DNA from: Desulfobacterales bacterium
GTDB taxonomy: Bacteria > Desulfobacterota > Desulfobacteria > Desulfobacterales > UBA5852
Direction: 5' to 3'
Assembly: GCA_963674755.2 (NCBI GenBank)
Contig: CAXXVS010000001.1
Location: forward strand, 672,001-736,000
Length of the DNA stretch: 64,000 nt
Shown in pieces: positions 20,803 to 32,445 of the stretch; positions within the stretch are counted from its first letter, which is position 1; every line of letters starts with the position of its first letter. The notes under the pieces were generated by a model, which saw only the letters and a program-made list of their open reading frames with translations, ran no database searches and was not told the origin of the DNA. The position numbers and the translations under genes were made by a program.

Positions 20803-22401
20803 TCAATCGCCGCTCCCGGTAACGGGCGGCTCTTCGGTTGTTTTTTCCTCTTCGCCCGATTCCAGCCGCAGCAGCCGGGCATCGATGTCGGCCAGCAGCT
20901 TATCGTAGACCGTCTGGTCGAGAAGGCCTTGCCGGAAGGCATCGGTCACATGGTTTTTTTCCGTGAGCAACAGATGCCGGCGGGCCCATTGGGATTCCTG
21001 GGCCACAATCGCCGTGCGGTCGAGTTCCAAGGCACCCATCTGGCCCTGCTCCGCTGTAATCCGCTGGGTATATTCATCCTTGAGTCGGGCACGAACGTCA
21101 TCGCGAAAGAAATGGACGTGCGACATGCGATCCAGCTCTTCGAGCGCCGCGCTGGCCGCCTGCAACTTGCCGCGGGCGAACTCGTAGGCTTCGTGATGCT
21201 CGCGCCCCTTGATGATGCCCATCCAGCGCAGCAGGTGCGAAACCGTCATGCCGTGCACCAGAATCGAGATCATCACCACCCCGAAGGTCATGGTCACCAG
21301 GAGATCCCGATGGGGGAAATCCTTTGCCAGACTCAGCACGAGCACCATCGGCAACCCGCCGCGCAATCCGCCCCACGTCAGCACTACGCTCCACGACCAC
21401 GGGATTTTCTCGCGGGTCTTTCGCAGAATAGCGGATACTGCGAAGATCACCAGCCCCCGGCCCACGGTCACCACCAGGTAGGCGACCAGAATGGCCTTCC
21501 ACGAGGTGAACAGCGCATCGAGATGCACCTCCAGACCGATAAGCAGGAACACAAACGAGTTCAGCGCAAAGGCCACGTATTCCCAAAAGGTCTCCACGGC
21601 GACCCGCGTGGAAGGCGTCATGCCGAAGCGCGCGCCGTAGTTGCCGCAAAGCACCCCGGCCACCACCACCGCGATGACGCCCGAATAATGAAAGTGCTCG
21701 GCCGTCACAAACGCGCCGTAGGCCGCGATGGTCGTCAACGTGATCTCGATCATCGCATCATCGATCTGTTTGATCACCTGCGAGACCGCCAAGCCGACCG
21801 CCGCGCCGATCAGTCCGCCGAAACCGACAATCTTGAGGAAGTCCGTCACGATTTGGCCCGTCGTGACGCTGGCGCCGGTCACCAGCGACAGACTGAGCGT
21901 GAAAAATACGATCGCCGTGCCGTCGTTGAGCAGGCTTTCGCCGTCGAGCAAGACCGACAAACGCCGCGGTGCGCCGAGGCTCCGGAACACCGCCACCACC
22001 GCGATCGGATCGGTGGCCGCGATCAACGCCCCGAACACCAGCGCGTACGACCACGTAAAATCCTGTTCCAGGTGCAGCGTGCTCACGACGGGGGTTAGGA
22101 TCACGGTCGTCAATCCAACCGCCGCGGCCAGGCCCGGCACGGCCAGCGAGGCGATGGTCAGGCGGTTGCGCCAGAATTCCCGGAACTCGATGTGAAAGGC
22201 GGCCTCGAACAGCAAACCCGGCAGGAATACCGAGAAGAGCAGTTCCTTCGTCAAATGGGGCGGCGTGAAAAGGTTCAGGATACCGAGCACCAACCCGCTT
22301 AACACCAGTGCCACGGTGTACGGCACATTCAATTGGCGCACCGCAATCGCCACCATTGCAGCGACCGAAAACAAAAGGATCAAAATGGTCTCAGTTTGCA
22401 C
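20803..22401 (-). CDS. CPA1 Na+/H+ antiporter (NhaP type)
   Basis: ATDPIAV, GESLLNDG and WGGLRG motifs; many TM helices. Confidence 0.92.
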   Translation of the reverse strand: MQTETILILLFSVAAMVAIAVRQLNVPYTVALVLSGLVLGILNLFTPPHLTKELLFSVFLPGLLFEAAFHIEFREFWRNRLTIASLAVPGLAAAVGLTTVILTPVVSTLHLEQDFTWSYALVFGALIAATDPIAVVAVFRSLGAPRRLSVLLDGESLLNDGTAIVFFTLSLSLVTGASVTTGQIVTDFLKIVGFGGLIGAAVGLAVSQVIKQIDDAMIEITLTTIAAYGAFVTAEHFHYSGVIAVVVAGVLCGNYGARFGMTPSTRVAVETFWEYVAFALNSFVFLLIGLEVHLDALFTSWKAILVAYLVVTVGRGLVIFAVSAILRKTREKIPWSWSVVLTWGGLRGGLPMVLVLSLAKDFPHRDLLVTMTFGVVMISILVHGMTVSHLLRWMGIIKGREHHEAYEFARGKLQAASAALEELDRMSHVHFFRDDVRARLKDEYTQRITAEQGQMGALELDRTAIVAQESQWARRHLLLTEKNHVTDAFRQGLLDQTVYDKLLADIDARLLRLESGEEEKTTEEPPVTGSGD

Positions 22402-22586
22402 AGTCTGTCACCCCGTATCCGGCGCGGGTCTTTTTCTTCCCGGCATGGCTTCGCTGCGCGCCCTGCCCGGTTGCACGCGGCGCCATACTGATTAGAGGCG
22501 TGTTGGGTCGCCAATACGGAAGCGGTTCACGAGAGACAATAGGCGCGTGGCGCCGATGTTATTTTCGAGGTAATGCCCGTCGGCGA

Positions 22587-23975
22587 CTAACATGAATCGT
22601 CTTTCTCCTCCCCCGCGCACAAAGCAGGCTCGGCTTCGAGCGCTTCGTACACGCGCTTCAATCGCGTGTCAATCCTCGCACGGTCATGGGCGGACGCGAG
22701 GGTGCGGTCGGCCAATTCGGCGATCCATCGCACCTGATCGCCAAGCGCCCGCCGCCGGTCAGGGCGGCTCGTCAGACCGGCGATGGTTTCAAGCGCCCCG
22801 AGCATCCGCAACATGATGGCGACATCGCCTTTGGCGTTACTCCGAATCTGATCGAAGGAATCGGCCAGCAAGCTTTCAAAACTCGGCCCCATGGCGATCA
22901 CGCGCAGTTCCCCATCCTCGTAGCGGTAAGAAGAGGGTATCTCCCGCGGTGCGATCCGAGCCAGAATTGTCGTCAAATAATCCACGCCCATTACGGCCGT
23001 CGTGGTGTCGTTGATGCCGGGCGACAGCGCTTTCAGGGCCACATCCACGATCTGCCGGATGCCGAAGGCCGCGTCCTGGTCTACCGTGCGATGTCGGCTG
23101 ATGCTGAAGGCCGCCTGCAGGGCGGCAATCGTCTCTCCATCCAGCGGATCTTCCAGGGCGACGGAGGCCAGCATGGTGTCCCGGACCACGAACGCGCCGA
23201 TACCGTGCGCCATGCGCACGATGGCTTTCCTTTCACCCGCCAGGCGTAGAAGCGCTGCGTTATCTACGCTCTGGATATAGCCGCTCTGTTTGGCCGGGAC
23301 GGTGCGCCAATTACGCTCGGACAGCGGGTGTCGCCCCTGGTCATCATCGTCTTCGCCCGGCCCTTGTCCCAGTTTTTGCGGAAACAGCCGGTCAATGGCG
23401 GTGATGGTTTCCTGGGCGACCGAGGCGATGATGCTGGAGGCCTGGATCGAAGTGGCGATGTGGTGAATGAAGAACATGAGGGTGACAACACCCCCAAGCG
23501 CCAGCGCAAAACCGAAAAACACCGCCAGGCTTGGAACAAAGGCGCCCCCGTCGCCGCCGCGGATGGTGCGCAACACGATCAGGCAATAGGTGAAAATGCC
23601 GGCGAAGATCCCGAGCACGACCTGCGTGACGCGGCTGCGCATGAAGTTGCGCAGGATGCGCGAGGTGTATTGGCTGGAAGCCAGCGTCAGCACCACCAAT
23701 ATCATGGAGAACGTGACGCCCACCACGGACATCATCGAACCTGCAATCGTGGACATCATCCCGCGCGCGGCTTCCGGACCGGCCCCAAACAGGCGTGGCC
23801 ACTGGGCCAGCCATCGGTCGCTTCCGGCCGAGTCCGCCGCGATCAACACCGCTGCGAGGGCAATACCGGCCAGGACGATCAGGGAAGGCAAAAACCAGAA
23901 GCTCGACCGCAGATTGCTCCAAAGCTGGTTGAACTTATTCATGAGCAGCTTCCCTATCCTGGGTGAAGGGCGCAT
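22587..23975 (-). CDS. DUF2254-family membrane protein
   Basis: ASSQYTSR and KALSPGINDTTTA motifs. Confidence 0.85.
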   Translation of the reverse strand: MRPSPRIGKLLMNKFNQLWSNLRSSFWFLPSLIVLAGIALAAVLIAADSAGSDRWLAQWPRLFGAGPEAARGMMSTIAGSMMSVVGVTFSMILVVLTLASSQYTSRILRNFMRSRVTQVVLGIFAGIFTYCLIVLRTIRGGDGGAFVPSLAVFFGFALALGGVVTLMFFIHHIATSIQASSIIASVAQETITAIDRLFPQKLGQGPGEDDDDQGRHPLSERNWRTVPAKQSGYIQSVDNAALLRLAGERKAIVRMAHGIGAFVVRDTMLASVALEDPLDGETIAALQAAFSISRHRTVDQDAAFGIRQIVDVALKALSPGINDTTTAVMGVDYLTTILARIAPREIPSSYRYEDGELRVIAMGPSFESLLADSFDQIRSNAKGDVAIMLRMLGALETIAGLTSRPDRRRALGDQVRWIAELADRTLASAHDRARIDTRLKRVYEALEAEPALCAGEEKDDSC

Positions 23976-24029
23976 CTTAATCCATGTCGGAGATTGCGTG
24001 GGGGGCTCGGTTGCTTCATTTCGTTTGTT

Positions 24030-26723
24030 TCACCGAGCGGACACAACCTCCTCTTCCAACGCTTTTCGAACCGCTGAGGCCATCGCAGCTGTGGCGAAAG
24101 GCTTCTGAATTAAATTGACGCCTTCTTCCAGAACGCCGTGCTGGGCGATAACGTCGGCCGTATAACCGGACATGAAAAGGGTCTTGAGATTGGGGCAGAT
24201 GCTCCGGATCTCATTTGCCAGATCGCGACCGTTCATCTCGGGCATCACCACATCGATGAGGAGAAGCTCTATTCGGTGGGCATGGCGCTCGGCCAGATCC
24301 ATCGCCTTACCCCGGGTTTGTGCGGTCAGAACCGTGTAGTTTAAACCATTGAGGATTTTAGCAGTCAGTTTCATGACCGCAGCATCGTCTTCGACCACCA
24401 GCACCCACTCCCCCTTCCCCTCGGGGATTGGTGTTGTTTTTTCCTCCATGGCATCGGTGATCATACCTTTGTAGCGGGGCAGGTAAATCCTGAAGGCGGT
24501 TCCCTGTCCCGGCTCGCTGTAGACATTGATGAAACCATCGTTCTGCTTGACGATGCCGTACACCGTGGCCAGCCCCAGACCGGTGCCTTTGCCGACCGCC
24601 TTGGTGGTAAAAAACGGTTCGAAAATATGCGCCTGTTTTTCCCGGCCCATACCACAGCCGTCGTCACTCACTGCCAGCATCACAAAGTCGCCCGGAATAA
24701 ACCCAAGGTGATTGGTGCAGTAGGCATCATCAAGGGTCACATTTTGGGTTTCAACGCTGAGCTTGCCCACGTCGGCAATGGCGTCTCGAGCGTTGACGCA
24801 CAGGTTGGCAAGGATCTGGTCGAGTTGGGAGGGATCCATTTTGACGGGCCACAAATCCGGATGGGGAAGCCAGGCCAGATTGATGTTTTCACCAATAAGC
24901 CGACGCAGCATCTTGAGCATCCCCTCCACCGTAGTGTTCAGATCCAGTACCGCGGGAGCGATTGTCTGCTGGCGGGCAAATGCCAGCAATTGTCGGGTAA
25001 TCTCAGTTGCACGGCTGGCTGCGGCGTATATTTCCTGCAAGTCGCCGTGAAGCGGATCGGACGGCGCCATCTTATCGATTGCAAGCTCCGCATAACCGAT
25101 GATCACGCTAAGCATGTTGTTGTAATCGTGGGCCACCCCGCCGGCCAACCGGCCTACCGATTCCATCTTCTGAGCCTGTTGGAACTGGGCTTCTAATTCG
25201 ACCTTTTCTTGCTCAGCACGCTTGCGATCGTTGATATTTTCCATCATGGGTAGGAAATAGAGCGCTTGCCCCTGTTCGTCTCTAATCAATCGAACATTAT
25301 TATGAAGCCACACCACCGAGCCATCGGCATGCAGATAGCGCTTGTCTATTTCGTAGTGATCAATTTCGCCGGTGACCAATCGCTGCGCTTGGGCGACATC
25401 CGCCTCAATGTCATCGGGATGCGTAATGTCGGCAACGCTCCGGGATGTCAGTTCTTCGGCCGAATAGCCCGTGATGCGGCATAGCGCTTCGTTGACCATA
25501 AGATAACGGTAATCCAGAGAAACCGAGGCCGCACCAATAGGCGCCTGATTGAACATACGACGGAAGAGAGCCTCGCTCTCCGAAAGTGCTTTTTCGACCT
25601 GTTTACGATCGTCGATTTGCGCCAGGTTGCCCATGTTGGCGGTCTGTCCCTGGTACTGAATGATGCTAGGAAGGTTATGCACCCACAGGGTTTTTCCATC
25701 CTTTTTCAGATGGCGGAACTCGTATTCATAGGGCGCCTTATCGCCCCTGGCTCTGGCCAAAGAGATGTTCCTAACCATTTCCCTGTCTTCGGGATGAACA
25801 AAGTCCCAATACTGGCGGCCGATGAGTTCTTCCAGAGCGTAACCCAGCATTTCTGCGAAACGGCGGTTCACGAATTCCAAAAGGCCGCCGACGTGGATGT
25901 AGATCCCGGTCAGGGAGTTCTGCGTAAGCAGACGGTACCGCTCCTCACTAGCCAATAGCGCCTGCTCCATCCGTTTGCGCTCGGTGATGTCCCGGATGTT
26001 GCATTGAATTAACTTTGTCTTGTCGACAAAGTAAATATCGGTATGGACCACCTGCCCGGTTTTCATTTTTACCGGAGCATCTTTGTAATACTTGATACCG
26101 TCCTCGTCCAACGTCTGCATCAGTTCCTGAATTGTACCCATATCCTGCGGGAAACCAATATCCTTCATGTCTTTCCCGATGCACTCCGTGTCGGGATAAC
26201 CCAACATTGACGTGATGGCTGGATTGGCATTTTGAATTTTCAATTCGTTTTTTTCGAGCAGCAGTATCCCGTCGTTGGCCGTCTCAAAAAGGCGCCGAAA
26301 GCGCTCTTCAGATTCATTCAGCAATTCTTGTGATCGCTTGCGCTCGGTGATGTCCTCAATGGCCAGGAGGATGATCGGATCTTTGCCGAGCCCTCTTTGA
26401 ATTTGCCGGGCATCCAAAAGCATTATGCGTCTGCCGATGGCGGCAAAATCGTGTTCAACCTCATAGTTGTCAAAGGAGGACTTCCGCGGAAGGATGGTTT
26501 CCAGCAGTTCCCGTAGCTTAGGGATATCCCACTGTTTATTGCCGATGTCATAAATAAGTTGGCCCACGGTATCTTCAGGCGTTACCTTAAAGATGTCATA
26601 AAATGAACGGCTGACAGAGATCACCCTTAAATCTTGATCCAGGACGATTAATGGTTCACGCACGGTGTCGATGATGCTCTCGGCGTATTCCAAGGATTTT
26701 GTCACGATATTTTTCCGGCCCAT
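24030..26723 (-). CDS. multi-PAS hybrid histidine kinase with receiver domain
   Basis: Four PAS domains; [20 protein letters not shown]-terminal REC (DVVMP). Confidence 0.92.
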   Translation of the reverse strand: MGRKNIVTKSLEYAESIIDTVREPLIVLDQDLRVISVSRSFYDIFKVTPEDTVGQLIYDIGNKQWDIPKLRELLETILPRKSSFDNYEVEHDFAAIGRRIMLLDARQIQRGLGKDPIILLAIEDITERKRSQELLNESEERFRRLFETANDGILLLEKNELKIQNANPAITSMLGYPDTECIGKDMKDIGFPQDMGTIQELMQTLDEDGIKYYKDAPVKMKTGQVVHTDIYFVDKTKLIQCNIRDITERKRMEQALLASEERYRLLTQNSLTGIYIHVGGLLEFVNRRFAEMLGYALEELIGRQYWDFVHPEDREMVRNISLARARGDKAPYEYEFRHLKKDGKTLWVHNLPSIIQYQGQTANMGNLAQIDDRKQVEKALSESEALFRRMFNQAPIGAASVSLDYRYLMVNEALCRITGYSAEELTSRSVADITHPDDIEADVAQAQRLVTGEIDHYEIDKRYLHADGSVVWLHNNVRLIRDEQGQALYFLPMMENINDRKRAEQEKVELEAQFQQAQKMESVGRLAGGVAHDYNNMLSVIIGYAELAIDKMAPSDPLHGDLQEIYAAASRATEITRQLLAFARQQTIAPAVLDLNTTVEGMLKMLRRLIGENINLAWLPHPDLWPVKMDPSQLDQILANLCVNARDAIADVGKLSVETQNVTLDDAYCTNHLGFIPGDFVMLAVSDDGCGMGREKQAHIFEPFFTTKAVGKGTGLGLATVYGIVKQNDGFINVYSEPGQGTAFRIYLPRYKGMITDAMEEKTTPIPEGKGEWVLVVEDDAAVMKLTAKILNGLNYTVLTAQTRGKAMDLAERHAHRIELLLIDVVMPEMNGRDLANEIRSICPNLKTLFMSGYTADVIAQHGVLEEGVNLIQKPFATAAMASAVRKALEEEVVSAR

Positions 26724-26794
26724 TATATTTCTCCTGGTTCAGGGAATATCGCCCGCGATGATACAGGTTCATCCGTTTCTTTTTCCATCGAAGG

Positions 26795-27304
26795 CTAGGG
26801 CTTTGGCCAGGGCATGATCGGCACCGTGCTGATGCTGTTTTTCGGGCTGCCTTCGAGAACGCGATCGCTGTAGGACACGTAGACCAGTACATTGCGCTTG
26901 GGATCGAAGAAGCGCACAACCTGAAGCGTCTTGAAAACGAGGCTGCGGTGTTCATCGAAAACTTGTTCGCCGTCCTTGATCTGGCCAAGGAACGCAATCG
27001 GCCCGATCTGGCGACAGGCGATGCTGGCGTCGCTCGTGTCCTCGGCCACACCCACGGCGCCTTTCATGCCGCCGGTCTGCGCCCGGGAGATATGGCAGGC
27101 CACACCCTGGACCTTGGGGTCGTCGAAGCCGTCGACCACGATCTTGTCGTTGGGGCCGAGCCATCGAAAATGCGTGCTGATCGATCCGGTCGTCCCGCGT
27201 TCGGGGCGGCTGAAAAACCACCCTCCGAAGAGTAGGATGACCAGAAGGATTGCTGCGCCAATAATAATTGCAACCCTTTTCATATTGAATCGCTCCTGTT
27301 TCAC
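26795..27304 (-). CDS. creA: CreA-family protein
   Basis: [45 protein letters not shown]. Confidence 0.9.
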   Translation of the reverse strand: MKQERFNMKRVAIIIGAAILLVILLFGGWFFSRPERGTTGSISTHFRWLGPNDKIVVDGFDDPKVQGVACHISRAQTGGMKGAVGVAEDTSDASIACRQIGPIAFLGQIKDGEQVFDEHRSLVFKTLQVVRFFDPKRNVLVYVSYSDRVLEGSPKNSISTVPIMPWPKP

Positions 27305-27738
27305 AACTTGTGCTTCAGGGAAAAACCGCTGATGGCATCAACCACCGGTTTCAGCATATCGTAAGGGCTCTGACCTTCTGCCAACCCGCCAAGGTAGTAG
27401 ACCCATCCGCCTGATTTGGCCGCCATCCGTTCGATGCCGTTCCGGCCAAGCTCGTCCCAGTCGTAGGCCACAATATAGTGCTCGATGTCGAGGCTCTTGA
27501 GAATGGCGGCCGCCTCAGGGGTGATATAAGACCCCAAGGTGGACACCACCACCGCTTTGTCCTGGTCCCGGAGCAGGTTGTAGAAGGTAAAATAATCGAA
27601 AATGCCCTCTAACAGGATGATGGTCCGGTACTGACGGATACAGCACCTTGCCTTGTCCAAACCATAGAGCCAACTCCTGGCGGAAAGGGGAACTTCTCGG
27701 GCCTGGTGCTTGAGCCAGCGGACGCCCCTATCGCCCGG
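27301..27738 (-). pseudogene. duplicated 3' (Toprim) segment of the primase-like gene
   Basis: 27311-27738 is a close but not identical copy of 29135-29562. Confidence 0.85.
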
Positions 27739-29095
27739 CTAAATCCACTTGGGGGTTCGGGAAAAACTGCCCTCTACCGCCTAACGAAGCTACTTTGTAA
27801 CTGAAAATGGCCTTAAGCGTTTCGATTTTAGGTTCTCTATAAGGCGGTTTAAATTGTCTTTGGTTGACAAGATGATCCATTTCTTTTGGCCAACCACCAG
27901 GGAGCACAATGTTACGCCCAATTAACCTGTCTATGATTTTCAGTATGAGCCCTTCTGGAAAAAAAAAGTGCATATCTCTGCCTGAGTGCCATTTAGGCAA
28001 CCCTGATAATACAAACGGCTTGAAGGAATCTTGGTTGCTCTCAAACTTGTTGTTAACTACGATCGCTCCTCCATCCCATCCGAGGTTTCGAACTATAATA
28101 GTAGATGAATGCAGATCGTTCGGCCGCAAATCGATGATACGGTTGTTCTCAACCCGCAAAAAACTTTTATTAAAGTTGGTTATCAAAGCCACTTGATGGT
28201 GCTTAGCCTCCTCTAAGATAATCAAATTATCTGTAATCATAGCATAGGAGCCTGGAGCGTTATCGACAATTGCGCCTGTGTGCCATGCAAATGGATTAAC
28301 AACGATGTTATTTGTTACGATCGATGCCTGTATTTTTGTCGTGCCATATTGCTCATTCCGCAGAACTCCACCGCACTGATATGCAGACGGATTTATGAAG
28401 ATATTCTCTTTCAGTACGATAGACGCGTTTCCCAAAACTGAAGCAACGCCACCATCACTAAAGGCGTATTTAGAATATGAACCCCCTTTTACTACAAAAT
28501 CAGCTTGTCCGATCCGATAAGAAAAGTCCGGAAAATGGGTTCCTCCTACACCCGCCATCATGTTTTGGAAGATAAATCCCGAAATGCTTGTTTGCAGGTG
28601 TTTATCCGAGACGACACCGTCGACAACTATGAAACTGGAGACTTTGTGTCCTTTCATCAGTGGCATTAGATGGGATGCTTCGGCAAACTGGTCCTCAAAA
28701 TGGCCTTTTATAAAAGGGTTATCCATTAAAGCATCAACGGCGTTTGCTCTGCCAACAAACTCAATGCCAAAGTGCTTTTTGCGAAAAATGATTGGTTTGT
28801 TTATCTCATATGATCCTGGTAAGAGCTTGATAACCTTTCTCTTTGCATTTAACCCAGATAATACATTCATTGCTTCCCCAATTGCTTCCTGCGCTTCCTT
28901 TCCCTCTTTGACGCCGTATTTCAAGCCGACTATCATTGTCAGCATAGTGCCGGATTCGTCGATTTGTGGCTCTGATAGCGTTATGGTCTTCTTCCACGAA
29001 GACCCTTTTGTCCCTTCTGGGAAAAAGACAAACAAAGAAATGACAACGCCAAAGCCTAATAACGCAATGGCAGATATGAGGCGTTTGTTCTTCAT
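27728..29095 (-). CDS. AT-rich exported hypothetical protein, probable parallel beta-helix repeats
   Basis: N-terminal TM/signal; Asn-rich I-x-x-N-x-I/F repeats; composition differs from flanks. Confidence 0.6.
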   Translation of the reverse strand: MKNKRLISAIALLGFGVVISLFVFFPEGTKGSSWKKTITLSEPQIDESGTMLTMIVGLKYGVKEGKEAQEAIGEAMNVLSGLNAKRKVIKLLPGSYEINKPIIFRKKHFGIEFVGRANAVDALMDNPFIKGHFEDQFAEASHLMPLMKGHKVSSFIVVDGVVSDKHLQTSISGFIFQNMMAGVGGTHFPDFSYRIGQADFVVKGGSYSKYAFSDGGVASVLGNASIVLKENIFINPSAYQCGGVLRNEQYGTTKIQASIVTNNIVVNPFAWHTGAIVDNAPGSYAMITDNLIILEEAKHHQVALITNFNKSFLRVENNRIIDLRPNDLHSSTIIVRNLGWDGGAIVVNNKFESNQDSFKPFVLSGLPKWHSGRDMHFFFPEGLILKIIDRLIGRNIVLPGGWPKEMDHLVNQRQFKPPYREPKIETLKAIFSYKVASLGGRGQFFPNPQVDLAGR

Positions 29096-29100
29096 GATGG

Positions 29101-30405
29101 TCAGAATCCTTTCTGGCCGGCATCGGTCTGCGCATGTTTCAGGGGAAAACCGCTGATGGCATCAACCACCGGTTTCAGCATATCGTAAGGGCGCTGACCT
29201 TCTGCCAGACCGCCAAGGTAGTAGACCCATCCGCCTGATTTGGCCGCCATCCGTTCGATGCCGTTCCGGCCAAGCTCGTCCCAGTCGAAGGCGACAATGA
29301 AGTGCTCGATGTCGAGGCCTTTGAGAATGGCCGCTGCCTCAGGGGTGATATAAGAACCCAAGGTGGACACCATCACCGCTTTGTCCTGGTCCCGGAGCAG
29401 GTTGTAGAAGGTAAAATAATCAAAGAGGCCCTCCACCAGGATGATGGTCCGGAACTGACGGATATAGCGTCTTGCCTTGTCCAAACCATAGAGCCAGCTC
29501 CTGGCGGAAAGGGGGACCTCTCGGGCCTGGTGCTTCAGCCAGCGAACGCCCCTATCGCCCGGGCGTCTGCCGACCAATCCGATCGGACGGGCATCGGCAT
29601 CATCAATGGGAAACACCATCCGACCGGCGAAAAAATCACCGTAATTTCTTGAAAACAGGTTTTTGCGTTTGAAATCGATCTGCCGGCAATAGTACCCGTA
29701 TCCCTTGACGGTCGCATCGTTCAAAAACCTGCAAAGGCCGCTATTTGAAAATGCATCGAAGACATCAGCGGCCTTTTCAAAGTGTGGCAGGAAACCGTCT
29801 ATCAGTGCCCGGCCGTGGTGCTGTTCATCGCTGTAGGGTGGCGCGTAGCCGATGTTGAACTTGCCGATGGTGTCTTTACCGACACCCCGGCGGGCAAGAT
29901 AATCCCAAATGCACTTGAACCGGTCTTCATTTGACATCAGGAGGTGATTGTAGAAAGTGGCCGCATCACGCAGGATGGAAGCCGTCTTCTCATCAGGGCC
30001 TTTCGGTTCGGCAAACACAACCGGTTCATCGGGCTCCGGGGTTTCGTCGGGTCCAGGCATACCGGGGCCGCTGCCATCATCGTACTTGAAATCCACGACA
30101 CCCAAATGCGCCGCCCACACCTCCTGTGCCTTTCGGAGCCGATAGTTCTTGCGCAGCATGATGAGGTCATATATGCCCCAATCCCCTTTGCAGGCCCCGA
30201 AGCAATGGAACCGGACCTCATCATCTTTGTTGACGTACACCATGAAACGGTCCTGGGTATCGGCGTGGAACGGGCACGGGGCGTTGTACCGATTTTTTCT
30301 GACGCGCGTGAAACGAATCCCCAGCAGCGTTTCCGCATAGTGGATCATGGCATCGATGGTCGCGGCCGATTTTAAATCCTGATATTGCCCGATCCCCTGC
30401 AACAT
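29101..30405 (-). CDS. DnaG-like primase (CHC2 zinc finger + Toprim)
   Basis: CPFH...FHCFGAC, YLARRG, GRMVFPI, VEGLFDY, DWD. Confidence 0.85.
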   Translation of the reverse strand: MLQGIGQYQDLKSAATIDAMIHYAETLLGIRFTRVRKNRYNAPCPFHADTQDRFMVYVNKDDEVRFHCFGACKGDWGIYDLIMLRKNYRLRKAQEVWAAHLGVVDFKYDDGSGPGMPGPDETPEPDEPVVFAEPKGPDEKTASILRDAATFYNHLLMSNEDRFKCIWDYLARRGVGKDTIGKFNIGYAPPYSDEQHHGRALIDGFLPHFEKAADVFDAFSNSGLCRFLNDATVKGYGYYCRQIDFKRKNLFSRNYGDFFAGRMVFPIDDADARPIGLVGRRPGDRGVRWLKHQAREVPLSARSWLYGLDKARRYIRQFRTIILVEGLFDYFTFYNLLRDQDKAVMVSTLGSYITPEAAAILKGLDIEHFIVAFDWDELGRNGIERMAAKSGGWVYYLGGLAEGQRPYDMLKPVVDAISGFPLKHAQTDAGQKGF

Positions 30406-30466
30406 TTCTCCTTGATCAGCTCCCGATGCTGTTTGGCCGTCATCGTTTCATTTTTTAACAAAGGCT

Positions 30467-30667
30467 TTATCCTTTGATCCGCTTTAATGTACCGTTTTCC
30501 AGCAATTCTTGTAGCTGGCTGAGCAGTCGCTGTTCATGATCATCCGTTATCCCGTCATTGCTTGCCACCTTCATTATTTCCACATACTCGCTGTTGGTAA
30601 TGACGTGATCGCTAATTGCTTTTTCGATTACCTCTTTTAATTCCAATCCCGATTGGGTCAGTTTCAT
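30467..30667 (-). CDS. small hypothetical protein
   Basis: GGAGG-preceded ATG (MKLTQSG); ORF track extends it to 30835. Confidence 0.6.
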   Translation of the reverse strand: MKLTQSGLELKEVIEKAISDHVITNSEYVEIMKVASNDGITDDHEQRLLSQLQELLENGTLKRIKG

Positions 30668-30831
30668 GATGTCCTCCGTTTTGGGTTTTCCCATTGTGAC
30701 CGCCCATAAGCCAAATCCGTGTCGCCGGATTTTAAGCTTAATCCCCCTGATTCGGCGAGGCCTGCCGGGTTTCAACTCATTTGCGATGATATCAATGATA
30801 CTCTCTTCTCCTATGACCAACGTATTGATCT

Positions 30832-32028
30832 TCATGCTGAATGATCCATTGGCACTGCCCGGCCAGGCCGTTTGCCCGGGGCATACCCCGCGATGCCGAT
30901 CATGAATCGCACCACGCCGTAACTCAGCCAGCTCGCCAGGCGCTGTCCGATGGATTGGGTCCTCCAGTTGTTCATGCCGATTCGCTGGGCCCCCGTCGCC
31001 ATGGCCTCCTCCAGGCTGGACTTTAATTCTTTGGCAAAGCCTTTATCGTCGACAACCACATTGGCTTCAAGTGACAGCAGCATGCTGAAGGGGTCGAGAT
31101 TGGAAGAGCCCACCGTGGCCCAATGGCCATCGATCACCGCAACTTTGGCGTGCAGAAGACTTTGGTGATATTCATAGATCTCGATCCCGGCCGCGAGAAA
31201 ACTGCCATAGAGGGCATGGGAGGCATAATGCAGCAATGGGTGATCCATCCTGCCCTGCAGCAGCAATACCACACGGACCCCGCGGCCGGCTGCGTCCACA
31301 AGTGCGTGACGGAAATTCAATCCGGGTAAAAAGTAGGCATTGGCAAGAATGACCTCGCATTGTGCCTGCGCGATCGCCCGTAGATAGGCATCTTCGATAT
31401 CGCGGCGGTGTCGGATATTATTGCGCACCAGAAAAGCCGCGTGCATTATCCCCTTGGGATCGGTTGGAGGAATCTGTCGGTCATTTTCCTGATCCCAGCC
31501 AGGAAGCCAGCGCATCCAGGCCACGCGCGACCATACCTGGCGGACAGCGTTATGAATGGCGATAACAAGAGGCCCTTCCACACTTACCGCATAGTCCAAG
31601 CGCGTCGATGTCCGACCCTGAATGTCCATATTGTCGATGATATTGATGCCGCCGACAAATGCGATCGTCCGGTCCACGACCACGATTTTGCGGTGCAGGC
31701 GACGCAACCGGCGGCGCCGAAGCGTCCAGGGGGATGTCTTGGGGCGGAATTTCATCACCCATACGCCGGCCGCCTCAAGGTCCTCGACCATGGTTGGCGG
31801 CAACCCCATCGAGCCGAATCCATCGATCAACAGGCGGGTTTTTACGCCCCGCAAGGCCGCCCGCTTGAGGACGCCGGCAATGCGCCGCCCGGTCGTGTCA
31901 TCATCGAAGATATAGGTTTCCAGATAGATGTCATGCTTCGCCCGATCCAGGGCCGCTTCGATGGCCGGGAAATAGGCCTCGCCGTTTTGCAGGAGACGGA
32001 TGTGATTGTTTGGAATCATGCGGGTCAC
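30832..32028 (-). CDS. clsB: cardiolipin synthase B
   Basis: Two HKD motifs (HRKIVVVD, HAKVAVID); no N-terminal TM. Confidence 0.88.
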   Translation of the reverse strand: MTRMIPNNHIRLLQNGEAYFPAIEAALDRAKHDIYLETYIFDDDTTGRRIAGVLKRAALRGVKTRLLIDGFGSMGLPPTMVEDLEAAGVWVMKFRPKTSPWTLRRRRLRRLHRKIVVVDRTIAFVGGINIIDNMDIQGRTSTRLDYAVSVEGPLVIAIHNAVRQVWSRVAWMRWLPGWDQENDRQIPPTDPKGIMHAAFLVRNNIRHRRDIEDAYLRAIAQAQCEVILANAYFLPGLNFRHALVDAAGRGVRVVLLLQGRMDHPLLHYASHALYGSFLAAGIEIYEYHQSLLHAKVAVIDGHWATVGSSNLDPFSMLLSLEANVVVDDKGFAKELKSSLEEAMATGAQRIGMNNWRTQSIGQRLASWLSYGVVRFMIGIAGYAPGKRPGRAVPMDHSA

Positions 32029-32064
32029 AGCGGGCTTTTCCGTTCACGATACGCAAGATGCCTC

Positions 32065-32256
32065 TCAACCCCCAATACGAATATTTTGGAGGGAGCCAAT
32101 GAACCCGAAGACACTCAACAGCCAGAGGATCACTCCAATAATCACGACGACATTGAGAATTTTCTTTATCGTGGCCTGCATCGGAATGTAGCTGTTGATG
32201 ACCCAAAGAATCACCCCAACGACAACCAGGACAATGATCAATTGAAGTAACGGCAT
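32065..32256 (-). CDS. small membrane protein (Thivi_2564-like)
   Basis: LIIVLVVVGVILWVINSYIPM...IKKILNVVV. Confidence 0.8.
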   Translation of the reverse strand: MPLLQLIIVLVVVGVILWVINSYIPMQATIKKILNVVVIIGVILWLLSVFGFIGSLQNIRIGG

Positions 32257-32445
32257 CGTAATTCTCCTTAAGTTAAAAGATTAGTATTCCGACTCTTTTC
32301 ATGTTGATTCATGTTCGGGGCGTGGCGTCCGCTTGGGTAACACCGGCCACCAACCGTACGGCGTTCAGGCCGGCGTCATATCTCCTGGGGCCCAGGACCG
32401 TCATCGCCCGAATCTCATGCGAACGTTGCCAATTCGTCACCTATT

